DNA from: Styela clava
Taxonomy: Eukaryota
NCBI RefSeq assembly: GCF_964204865.1
Contig: NC_135257.1
Location: 15,686,001 to 15,750,000 of the forward strand
Direction: 5' to 3'
Length of the DNA: 64,000 nucleotides
The position numbers and the translations under genes are program-made. The notes beneath the pieces were generated by a model. The model saw only the letters and a list, made by a program, of their open reading frames with translations. It was not told the DNA's origin and ran no database searches. Shown here piece by piece: positions 13,686 through 31,568 of the stretch (its first letter is position 1; each line of letters opens with the position of its first letter).

Positions 13686-14025
13686 CCTTTCGTATTTTTC
13701 ACTTGAGTGAACTGTATTCAGAAACTGTTTATTATTTCTAATTTTTTGTGTAAAACTCGTTACAGCTCAAGCCAATATTGAGTTTGCAAATCAATAAACC
13801 CTCTACTGTTGACTTCTTCATCGTACTCCTTTCATCTGACTAAATAGTTTTCATCATAGAAAAAGCTCTTTCAGCAAAAGCCGACGTGCCTGGTAGACAA
13901 AATATATATTCCATTACTTTTCTAAGATTAGCCACACTAAAGTGAAATTCCGGGACATTTTGCTAACCGGGACAGACGTTCAAACCGGGACTGTCCCGGC
14001 CAAACCGGGACGTATGGTAGGTCTG
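13686..14025 (-). mobile_element. hAT (Blackjack-like) remnant with degraded transposase (copy 1)
   Basis: Minus-strand NLRKVMEYIFCLPGTSAFAERAFSMMKTI*SDER...SSEKY with a stop and frameshift; terminal CCGGGAC repeats ending ...CGTATGGTAGGTCTG. Confidence 0.75.
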
Positions 14026-14143
14026 ATTTAACAGATAAAACAAGGGTCGTCACATATGATATCGAAATCCATTGTGTGGTCTGGAAGTTTGAATCCTTCA
14101 CTGATCTTTTTATGCATGCGCTACCTGTACCTGGTAGCGCCTC

Positions 14144-14664
14144 TATGGTGGCCCATCGTTGTCACGCGTAAAATTGAAAATAAAAATAAAAAAACGAAAA
14201 TAAAAAAATTGTNNNNNNNNNNNNNNNNNNNNNNNNNNNNNNNNNNNNNNNNNNNNNNNNNNNNNNNNNNNNNNNNNNNNNNNNNNNNNNNNNNNNNNNN
14301 NNNNNNNNNNNNNNNNNNNNNNNNNNNNNNNNNNNNNNNNNNNNNNNNNNNNNNNNNNNNGGTCCGCCTCGTGGCCCATCGTTGTCACGCGTTTTTATTT
14401 TTAAAAATTTGCTTCTGCTTGGGACCAACATTGTCAGGCATAATCCTACGCGCACAAATGTGTTCCCTGGGTTTCAAACTCACTACTGATTTTCTTGAGC
14501 AATATTCAATATGAAAATGTTCTATAAATTCTCCATGCTACAAGTTCAACAAGAAGTAATATATTTATAATAATGATAAGAGAATATAGAATTGAATACG
14601 AAAATTCGGAAAATTTGTTTTTACGTGTATAAGGTAATTTAATTGGAGAATGCTGCTTAACTAC
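14144..14664. mobile_element. Truncated left arm of the fold-back element, produced by the tandem duplication
   Basis: Matches 16956-17476, including the N-run at 14213-14360, and is fused to the pogo MITE fragment at ACTAC. Confidence 0.88.
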
Positions 14665-15145
14665 GTCTTATTTTAAAGGGAGGGCTTATATTAAAATCAT
14701 TTTTAAAATTCAGACTATGTCTTATTTTCGGGGAAACACGGTATATATTCCGATGAAAGATTTATAAACTTGTTAAAGATTGCAAAGAATGGCTCAACCG
14801 CCATACCTTCATGACTATTTAAATACAATTTATTCAAGATATTTCAAACATTTCACTGATTTAATTCTTATTCATGTAATACTAAATTTTTAATATGACA
14901 CCAGGTTGATTCGTTTCGTTCTTGGGTACGACCACGTCGCCCATGCAGTTGTGTAAAACCTTAAAAGTGTAAGTATTTATTTCGATTTTCCGAACAGAAA
15001 GCACACAACAAAAACAACAATACCAGGCAGTAAAATGTAAGAAAGCTCTCCCTCAGACACAAAACACCCAAAGTCCAACCGAAACAACCACACTCAGACA
15101 ACTGCATCCTGCCAACCCAACAGGCGCCAACAGGACACCCTAAAA

Positions 15146-16071
15146 CAGTGGTTCTCAACCTGTGGTACGCGTACCACTGGTGGTACGCGGGAGCTTTTCA
15201 AGTGGTACGCGAGCAGATTTAAATTATTGCAACAATTAACCTTTCAGTTGGCTAAGATGTGTCGGCAACGCTTTATCTTCCTTGCTGTATATATTCGCTG
15301 AACAGCGTTTATGGATGTTTCCCCAAGCATCAGTTTTCTCGTTTATTTCCGTAACTATAACCAATCAGCAATAAGTCAATAATGACGCAACACGTAACAA
15401 ATGCAATTTCTGCACTCAGCCGCTCAGACACTTCTGTCGCTCAAACAGATATTCAAGTATGGTTGCAAACATTGCCTCGTTTTTGTAGTTTTGAGTGATA
15501 TTTGTCAGTTTTCAGTTGTGTTTCAAGAAAATAATAGTGAATTAATTAAGTTAATTGTCATTAAGTCTTCCGCGGAGCTTTACTTTAGTTGCAGTGATCG
15601 AAATTGAATCTCGCAAATGCTGCGATGGCCAAGGCTAAACTTAGTTATATCAGTACCTGCAAACGGCACATGGTTGATTAATTGTAATAAAAATTATGGT
15701 TTCAAACACGTAAACCAGTTTATATGCGCCAACATACCGAAACACTCTCAGAATAAGCATAAAGTTTGCAATAGTAAAGTATAAGAGTAATTTTTCCGGG
15801 GTCAATGGTCGGGGAAACGTCCATGGCACTTTGCGCTATCGGTCCTTGTCTTTAGAGATCGCCCTCGCCCGCTATTGCCCACCTTAAATGAAGCGATATG
15901 GGCATGTTTCTTGTTTGTTTTGCGTGTTACGCCACAAAGGATGTAGTGCCACATTATAAAATACACCTTGCGTCTTTTTCCCCAGGCCAAAAAAGGAGCT
16001 TTGTCGATGGTACGCGGCCATAATAAAAACAGTAAAGTGGTACGCGTTCAGTAAAAGGTTGAGAACCACTG
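15146..16071. mobile_element. hAT MITE (copy 2, from the tandem duplication)
   Basis: Matches 12334-13259 with the same TSD CCCTAAAA. Confidence 0.93.
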
Positions 16072-16497
16072 CCCTAAAAGAACAGATCGACAGTGTTACA
16101 GCGCCCCCCAGTGTCCGCAATGCCAAAATACCAAATATGGAAACAATATCACATGACATCATTTAACATAGACTTACCCTAATTTCTTGGGCATAATCCG
16201 AGACAAACTCAAAACTATGAATGAAAGGCCGAAGGCTTGAGCTTGGCAATTTTTTTCCATATTTATATTTATAAACTTTAACATTGCATGGTAAAGTATT
16301 CTACTTAGATTAAATAAAAAAAATTATTACTATATTTAAAGGAAAATAGATGTTAATTTAAGCAACACCAAGTCACAAATCAGACATGTATAAGAAAAAA
16401 TGAAAGAATAAACACCGAGAACAAAGAAATAACAGTATCTCACAAATCAAACATTTATACGGGAATGCAATCAGAAACCATTGGCTTTTTTGTTTGA

Positions 16498-16837
16498 CCT
16501 TTCGTATTTTTCACTTGAGTGAACTGTATTCAGAAACTGTTTATTATTTCTAATTTTTTGTGTAAAACTCGTTACAGCTCAAGCCAATATTGAGTTTGCA
16601 AATCAATAAACCCTCTACTGTTGACTTCTTCATCGTACTCCTTTCATCTGACTAAATAGTTTTCATCATAGAAAAAGCTCTTTCAGCAAAAGCCGACGTG
16701 CCTGGTAGACAAAATATATATTCCATTACTTTTCTAAGATTAGCCACACTAAAGTGAAATTCCGGGACATTTTGCTAACCGGGACAGACGTTCAAACCGG
16801 GACTGTCCCGGCCAAACCGGGACGTATGGTAGGTCTG
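16498..16837 (-). mobile_element. hAT (Blackjack-like) remnant (copy 2)
   Basis: Matches 13686-14025. Confidence 0.75.
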
Positions 16838-16955
16838 ATTTAACAGATAAAACAAGGGTCGTCACATATGATATCGAAATCCATTGTGTGGTCTGGAAGT
16901 TTGAATCCTTCACTGATCTTTTTATGCATGCGCTACCTGTACCTGGTAGCGCCTC

Positions 16956-18521
16956 TATGGTGGCCCATCGTTGTCACGCGTAAAATTGAAAATAAAAATA
17001 AAAAAACGAAAATAAAAAAATTGTNNNNNNNNNNNNNNNNNNNNNNNNNNNNNNNNNNNNNNNNNNNNNNNNNNNNNNNNNNNNNNNNNNNNNNNNNNNN
17101 NNNNNNNNNNNNNNNNNNNNNNNNNNNNNNNNNNNNNNNNNNNNNNNNNNNNNNNNNNNNNNNNNNNNNNNNGGTCCGCCTCGTGGCCCATCGTTGTCAC
17201 GCGTTTTTATTTTTAAAAATTTGCTTCTGCTTGGGACCAACATTGTCAGGCATAATCCTACGCGCACAAATGTGTTCCCTGGGTTTCAAACTCACTACTG
17301 ATTTTCTTGAGCAATATTCAATATGAAAATGTTCTATAAATTCTCCATGCTACAAGTTCAACAAGAAGTAATATATTTATAATAATGATAAGAGAATATA
17401 GAATTGAATACGAAAATTCGGAAAATTTGTTTTTACGTGTATAAGGTAATTTAATTGGAGAATGCTGCTTAACTACTCAGTTGTCTGGACACTCGCGATG
17501 CCGGTACCGTCTTACCAAATACCGGTAGTCGGTTATAGTCGCTTTGCGTCTGACCGTACCGGTAGCCATACAATCACTCATGAAAGAATGGGAGATACGG
17601 ATAGTCTCGTAGAATATAGACTACTGAAACACTCTCTGCGCCTGCCCCATACCGTACAGCCGTAACGTACCGATCCAGACAAATGATAAATCGCCCGTGC
17701 TCAACCATTTATTTCAATCCATACCTCGATCCTAGTAGAATATAGTGAGTCGAGGTATGGATTGAAATAAATGATTGAGCACGGGCGATTTATCATTTGT
17801 CTGGATCGGTACGTTACGGCTGTACGGTATGGGGCAGGCGCAGAGAGTGTTTCAGTAGACTATATTCTACGAGACTATCCGTATCTCCCATTCTTTCACG
17901 AGTGATTGCATGGGTACCGGTACGGTCAGACGGTACCGTACCGGCATCGCACGAGTGTCTGAGCAGTTAAGCAGCATTTTCCAATTAAATTATCTTCTAC
18001 ACGTAAAAACAAATTTTCGTATCCAATTCTATATTCTCTTATCATTATTATAAATATATTGCTTGTGGTTGAACTTGTAGCATGGAGAATTTATAGAACA
18101 TTTTCATGTTGAATTTATTGGATATTGCTCATGAAAATCAGTAGTGAGTTAGAAACCCAGGAAACACATTTGTGCGTGTAGGATTAAGCCTGACAACGTT
18201 GGTCCCAAGCAGCATCAAATTTTCCAAAAATAAAAACGCGTGACAACGATGGGCCACGAGGCGGACCATCGTTGTCAACCTTTTTATTNNNNNNNNNNNN
18301 NNNNNNNNNNNNNNNNNNNNNNNNNNNNNNNNNNNNNNNNNNNNNNNNNNNNNNNNNNNNNNNNNNNNNNNNNNNNNNNNNNNNNNNNNNNNNNNNNNNN
18401 NNNNNNNNNNNNNNNNNNNNNNNNNNNNNNNNNNNTTTTATGTTTTTTCACAACTATTTTTTTATTTTCGCTTTTTCATTTTTTTTTTAAATTTTACACG
18501 TGACAACGATGGGCCACCATA
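16956..18521. mobile_element. Fold-back (near fully palindromic) non-autonomous DNA transposon, IS3EU-like termini
   Basis: Ends TATGGTGGCCCATCGTTGTCAC / GTGACAACGATGGGCCACCATA; 6-bp TSD CGCCTC (16950-16955, 18522-18527). The arms pair up to a 20-nt loop at 17730-17749. Confidence 0.88.
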
Positions 18522-18580
18522 CGCCTCCACGAGAGACGAATTATTTCGAATTCCGCCTCCTCATGGCGTAGTCTGCGGCA

Positions 18581-19320
18581 GGGGGGCTGACAACTCGACT
18601 GCACAGACCAAAGCCCGTATGTACCTGACACAGACAACTCTTCAGAGACAATTCAGCTACAGAGAGGCCTGGTAGGTTGTCCGTCTTTTCGCATTTTCTA
18701 CAGCGAGCTTTTAATACCATAGGAGTGTAATTTCGATTTTTTTCAGGGCTCCAGTGGCAAGAAAAACACATTACTGTAGTATTCTCGAGAAGAGCGATTG
18801 CTCGACTGGTGGGTGAGTTGTCTGCCTCTCGACATTGTATCTTCGCGTAGCGATTGTTTGGCACGGTACCTAGGCGAGTTGAGACGCAGGATACCGTAGG
18901 CTACGAAGATCACATTCGTGAATATCTATGTGTTACTGTCATATATAAAGGTTTAAATATGTTTAAAAATGCACATTGAAAACATCCAATATCAACAAAT
19001 TTCAAACCCACGCGGCACGCAGTCCTATACCGTCAGCAGTCTAACATCACTAACGTTACAACAGACCCAAGTTTTTTTTGTAGACTATAGATATATTTGT
19101 GTAACTTGAACAAGGTATGTCACTCATGCACATAAAAATGCCTTCTCGGGAATACTAATCTGTTTTTCTCACCATTGGAGCCATAAAAAAATCGAAATTA
19201 CATATCTGTAGTCTTGAAAGGTCGCCTTAGAAAATGCGGAAAGACGGACAACCTACCAGTCCTTTCTGTAGTCGAGTTGTCTTTGGTGAGTTGTCCGTGT
19301 AGTCGAGTTGTCCGCCTCCC
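18581..19320. mobile_element. MITE with long imperfect TIRs (~200 bp)
   Basis: GGGGGGCTGACAACTCGACT versus the reverse complement of AGTCGAGTTGTCCGCCTCCC. Inverted similarity extends through ctggtaggttgtccgtctt and gtattctcgagaag. No TSD seen. Confidence 0.75.
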
Positions 19321-19375
19321 GTACAGGCTGACCTAGTAGTATATATTTACGGGCTGACGGACATATCAATTAGGG

Positions 19376-19812
19376 GGGTCTGGTATAGTTTAGTACCACA
19401 TGCACTTATAGTTGGCCTGGCTCAGCAATTTTTGCATATGCCATTCCTAACCCTAATTACGTCCTACGACGCCACAGTGGCGTAATAAATACCTCCCAAG
19501 TGTAAGGACGGTCGTCCAAAACGCACATACAATCACCCGAAATCGAGCAAGCTATTTCTCTCGTTTTCTCTTCGTAACGATCCCGATATGAGAGAGACCG
19601 CTGGCGTTAGGGAGTTTGATATCGTCGGCGCAGATGCCATTTCGGACGATGGTACCTGTACTTGGCAAGCTCTATGACGTCGTAGTGACGTAATTTTTGG
19701 ATGACATACGGTACCGGTAGTTAGGTGGGGGTTAGGAATAACATACCGGTATACTAATATTGTTATGCTACGCCCACCGGAAGTACATGTGGTACTAAAC
19801 TATACTGGACCC
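19376..19812. mobile_element. MITE with ~32-bp TIRs
   Basis: GGGTCTGGTATAGTTTAGTACCACATGCACTT / AAGTACATGTGGTACTAAACTATACTGGACCC, plus inner inverted ttcctaaccc / gggttaggaa. No TSD seen. Confidence 0.78.
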
Positions 19813-20394
19813 GTTACACAACTTGATGGGTCGCGGCCCATAGCCTGATGGGCCGAGGCCTAATTCCATGCGCCGTGGCCCCGGCCCATGGGCCTTAGAG
19901 GAGTCACCACTTCCACTCCACATTCCAGGCCTTACTGTATCAAAATGTTGACCAATACGGTAGCTGAATAGACTAGACAGCTAGAGAATGAAGGTTTCAT
20001 TTATCACACAAACTTGCCCTTGCCTTGGAGTGTATAGTAATCAAATACGACATCAATATATTTTATTCTGATCTCTCCGGCATAAACAAAACACAACTAA
20101 CGGTCAAACGAAATGCTGAAATTGTGGTACGTGGAAGGCAAGCATAACTAAGGATAAAAGTGAAAACGTACAACTACCTGCATGACCTGTGACAATATAA
20201 AACACAGTCAATATTGCACCACTACAGTGCTACCCTATGCACGGGGTCTCATATAAAATTGTTACGACACGCCCACTAGAAGTTATTCAGGTAAGAAAGT
20301 ACATGAGACCCCACAAATCAAGAGCGTCAAATGAATTATATTTCAATTGCTCAAACTCTGTCTTACATACAGACATAAGCAGATCTAGACGATA

Positions 20395-22913
20395 ATGTTA
20401 TACTTAGAAGATTACGTTGAATTAATTGAGCACCTTCCGGTGGATGTGAGAGATAGATTTACTGATATGCGTGAAATGGATTTACAGGTACCGTGACGAA
20501 ACAGTAATGCATTTCCAATTTTCTTATGTTTATTCTGTCTATTAGTGCCACTCAAAAATGGCCACCGATTCAATAATTAATTTTTTCTATGCTGATATTT
20601 CCAGTGAAATATAACTTCTGGATTTTTATAGTAACAAAATGAGTAGTTGAACACTGCAATTTGGTACATTGATAAAGGAAATTTACAATAAAACGTATCG
20701 GAATATTATTTTTATTCAATCATATTCTATGGCATTGATCTATGTTTATTTTTCAAGCAGTTCGATTTATTGGCTCATGCATATTGTCGAAATAAAACTA
20801 TCCAGGCAGCCATATCCGTATTACAAAGTTGAGAGTGATCTTGACGGCTATTTTTTCTAATTCTTCAGGTTCAAAATACTGTAGATGATTTGAATGGAAG
20901 AGTTAAGTCATTATTTCGTGCATGCCTTGCGAAGAAAGGAAAGATTGATAATGCCGATGAAACCTTCGATGACATTCGAGCAACTTATCGCAAGGCATTG
21001 GATGACGCTGATGAGAAAGTAAATAACATCGAAACATAGTTATATTTTAATCTGTTTTCAATTTTGCATTTGGAAGTTGAGTATTCTACAATCAGAGATT
21101 ATTTTATCATTAAACTTTCACAAATTAAATTATATTTACTGTTTTCACAAATGGGTTTCATTTTTTGTTTAATATAACATAAATTTAGGTACAATTGGCA
21201 AATCAAATATATGATTTGGTGGACCGACATCTTCGCAAACTAGATCAGGAACTTGCAAAATTTAAGATGGAATTAGAAGCAGACAATGGAGGGATTACTG
21301 AAATTCTGGAAAGAAGATCATTGGAGCTGGATAACCATGTATCTCAAACTGGCCACTCGGTAAATTGCTACTTTCATTTCCTGTTGTCTCTGAATATAAC
21401 TTTGCGAATGAAATTTGAGAATAATAAATTGATAGATTCTTTGAACAGATGAACAAAATAAATTGATTGTCCAACTTTTATCTTGTAACATATTAATATT
21501 TTACTGAAAGTTTATATATATAAGTATATGGCATTAGGTATAATTTATTTTAAAAAACATTTGCAGAGTAGAAAACGGCTTGCACATGCCACCACAGTAG
21601 CTTCAAGTTCTGCTGCCATTTTGCCTGGAACATCAAATGGACCTGTGGATAAAAAATCGAGATTAGATGGTGCTTTTGATTTGTTGTATTCTCATTCCGA
21701 ATCGGCACCACCTTCGGTATTATCACCAGATTTCTCAACAATAACTTCAGGGAATGATGTAGAAAGAAGTAACAGTCGGCCTCCATCAAGAAATTCTACT
21801 ACGGGTTAGTTATATGGCTATTTTATTTTTGAATACGCAATTAATTTACAGTCCATGTCAATCATAGCTAGTGTTAAAATTTGTCAAGTTGCTGATTTCT
21901 GTAGCAAAAAGAAGAAATGGGGTCATGAAATGCATTTTGTGAATACCTAAAAAAGCAAGAGAACAGTGCTCGTATATATGGACATGAGTGTGAAATGACT
22001 AACATGGCTATAGCATTGTCCGCAAAATCAGGCCAAATGGTAAAAGAATTGCACTGTATTTCATATGAAGATGTGCCCATGATATATGAAACCAGCAGAA
22101 TTTGGAGTGAAATATTGGACTCCAAAGATTGTGCGAAATTATAATAGCCTTTCATCTACTTCCAACTTGAAGATATGTTCTCACAACAACTGCTCTGTGT
22201 CTGAAATTTAGTAATCAGTGTTGCATATGTGTTAGTTTGACATTGTTATGAGACTAGTTTGCTGTATACATCATATGAACTAAAATCTATTTTCAGGTAC
22301 CGGTCAATCTATCATTAGTGCTCTCCAGACTCCAGTTGCTACAGAGGGACAGTCAGTAAGGCATCCAGGAGGTTTGAAAACAAATAACATTGGAATTAAA
22401 CTGTCAGAAACTACTATCAAACAGGAGGATTTCCAACAAGGATTACCCCCAGATTTTGTTGATTGTAAATTGCCTCTTAGTGAGGACATGATGGATGAAG
22501 ACTCTTGCCATTCCACTCAGGATGGTCTATTAATGTCACCCACAGGTTCAAGACCATCTAGAACGAAAAAACAAACTTCACGTGCAGCTGCTTGGACTCA
22601 AGAGCGCATGCAGGCTGAGGCTAGGCGTGGTCATGCGCGAGAAAAAGATCATATTTCACCAAACAGCTCTATGGTTGAACTCGTCGGAGAAAGCAGTAAT
22701 GCTTCTTCTGATTGGACACTCGATCCTAATGAGCCGCGGTATTGCATCTGTAACCAAGTGTCGTATGGTGAAATGGTTGGGTGTGATAATAGTAAATGCA
22801 CAGTGGAATGGTTCCATTATGGCTGTGTTAATCTCACTGAAGCACCAAAAGGAAAGTGGTATTGTCCACAGTGCACTCAAACGATGAAAAGGCGAAATAA
22901 AAACAAACAATGA
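20395..22913 (+). CDS. ING3: Inhibitor of growth protein 3 (ING domain + C-terminal PHD), 5 coding exons, ~422 aa
   Basis: Exons 20395-20487, 20869-21018, 21189-21359, 21567-21804, 22297-22913, phase-consistent [19 protein letters not shown]...; [25 protein letters not shown]; [23 protein letters not shown]...WFHYGCV...[10 protein letters not shown]. Confidence 0.96.
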
Positions 22914-23773
22914 TAGTGGGCCAAAAAAATCTCTAGTTATTACAAATTCTTCTATTATATTGTGATTATCTTCGAATAAACCTGCCAATCTTTAGAGTAT
23001 GTTACCGCTGCATGCGTGAAGCGACTACGCCCTCGGTAACTAAATAAAAATAAAATTGTTCACTTTATATCAAATTCGGTCATGCATGTCCCACTCAAGA
23101 TTGTAACAGTCAGGATGTGCTTGCATTATTTTATTTTCAATAGTTTACGAGCTTGTTTGGGATCGCTACTGTGTGAAGTTCTGTTCTATCTGCAATTCAC
23201 CATATTGATTGTTTGCTATAAATAATCTTTGTGTTGCTATTCTAGGATGAACCCTAAATCCTGCTATTCTACTAACTAGCCCTCTCAAAATGAAGCGACA
23301 TGTCTGGGCCAATTGGACAAGTCATATATGGTAAGTACCCGCAGCGTCCCATGCCATGTGTGAGAATGGAAATCAGTTCTCCAGTTACATGGGCTTAAAG
23401 AGCAGTTTAATCCTTTCATATGCTCAAAACGTGATGAACAATATAGACAAGTGTGATATTCAAACGACTGATGTCTACTCCAGCAGTGGCCAGAATATCA
23501 AGTTAGCCTTAATATTCAAGACATTTTCATGCTATTGAACTTTAAAATAAATAGAATTTTTAACCCAGTCATTTATTAAAATTTCCAATGGTTGAAAAAT
23601 TCCAGTATTTTATGACATGGTCCATAGTGTTGTGTACAGTGCAGTGGAAATAAATATTAGGTGAGGGTTATGTACAAAAACAGACAGTTGAAAAAATATC
23701 AATCAAAAAAGATGACATGTACCATTGCTGTTCAGAACTGAACATTTGGGGAAAATAGTAATGTCCCATATAC

Positions 23774-24288
23774 CAGTGGTTCTCAACTGCCGGACCGCCA
23801 AATATATTATATGCAAAGTACTGACTGACGTCCATTAATTTTAACTCTTATTGATGTATTCATCTAACAACTAAACTTGGTGAGAGGTCCTCTGCCCATT
23901 CCAATACCTGAACGGCTGGATGTTCGTTAAGTTTATGACCTCATAACGGCGGCTAACATTACACATGAGTCTGATAGCACATACATAGTACGGTACCCGA
24001 TTGTTAAGTTTGCTAGTTCCGTAATTTGACAGTAGGCCTATAATTTAGCGAGTTTGATAGTAGTATAGAAGCAAACAAACTGTATTATCCAGTTCAAACA
24101 GCTCTACTTCGCCTTGCAGAAACTTCATTAGAACCAAGTTTAACACGTATATATTAAAAAGACAGCAGCAAATTTCTCATTAAATTGTCTTCTTTGGCAC
24201 GGCCTACTTTTGTCATAATTGCATTTTTTTGATTACGTTTTCTGTTAATTTTGAAATTTCACCGATTGAAAAAGGTTGGGAACCACTG
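23774..24288. mobile_element. hAT MITE, deletion derivative related to 55928-56732
   Basis: TIRs CAGTGGTTCTCAAC / GTTGGGAACCACTG; perfect 8-bp TSD CCATATAC; internal sequence shared with 55928-56732. Confidence 0.92.
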
Positions 24289-25276
24289 CCATATACGGAA
24301 AACACCAGAAAATTTTTTAAAACACAATAATTAAGTGTAAATATATATAAAAGAAAGTGTTTTTGTGCAGAGATAGAGGCTATTAGAACTATATCGTCCA
24401 TGGGAGGACAAAGTCCAACTCTTTATTGATAACTTCCAACCGTGTACAATAAATCATAAATAAGGCTACCGAACAAAGAAAATGATATTATGTAAAAAAA
24501 AATCTAGGATTAAAGTGTAGTGCTTAGTGCAAAATGAGGAGAGAATAAAAATAACTGCAGGATAAATATACATAATGCAACTACAATATAAAGTAAGACA
24601 ACATTCCCATTTCATATAGTCAAAAGGTGTCAGTCTCTCTATCTAATTCTAATGGTTGATGTTGAAATCACTTGGAATGGCATGATAATTAGCTTGAAAA
24701 TGTTGCCACCCAGTAAGTTAAATCATTATTTCAAAACAACTAATAAATGATCAATGGTTCATTACATCAGTTAAGTCTTGCTTTTCTGTACACATAAATG
24801 ATTAAAATTCAGAGTCGCAGCTGAGTATTTCAATAACTGAACCAAATTGTACTTGGTATTTTGGTCACAATCTGTAGCAGTTAAAATCACTGCATGGAGA
24901 TAATAGCAACACTGAATTCAATTATCAAATATTTTCCAGTCATAAGTAATGACCAAAAATCCTCATTTTGTTTAACAGCCGAGCAACAGAATGTAAAACA
25001 GAATCTTCTAGTAAAGGTTAAATCCTTCTCTAATTTGGCACTTGAGTGTGTAATATCTGAAGAAATAAAACATTAAATCAGGTTGAGACTTGAAGAATTA
25101 CTCAATAGAGCAATAACTTCAAGGGCTGTCTACTTATACAAATGTTGTTTTACTACCATAAATTTCACTATTAAATCAAAATAAAAACTTCCCATGTGGC
25201 TGAATTTTTTTATAAGGACCACTTAATGAAAGCAAAGTAAATAATAGTTGCGATCAAAGCCTACCTGTCATTCTTT

Positions 25277-31568
<6,292 letters not shown>

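Larger units (their letters stand above)
11848..17476. repeat. Tandem duplication, unit 2812 bp (11848-14659 / 14660-17471)
   Basis: All ORFs and the N-run recur at +2812 with identical translations; 5-bp junction microhomology ACTAC. Confidence 0.96.

Noticed and set aside
14056-18503. ORFs containing X runs
   Set aside because: They are open only because they cross N-runs inside the fold-back element.
19446-19456. Telomere-like CCTAACCCTAA
   Set aside because: Less than two full units, and part of a MITE's subterminal inverted repeat.
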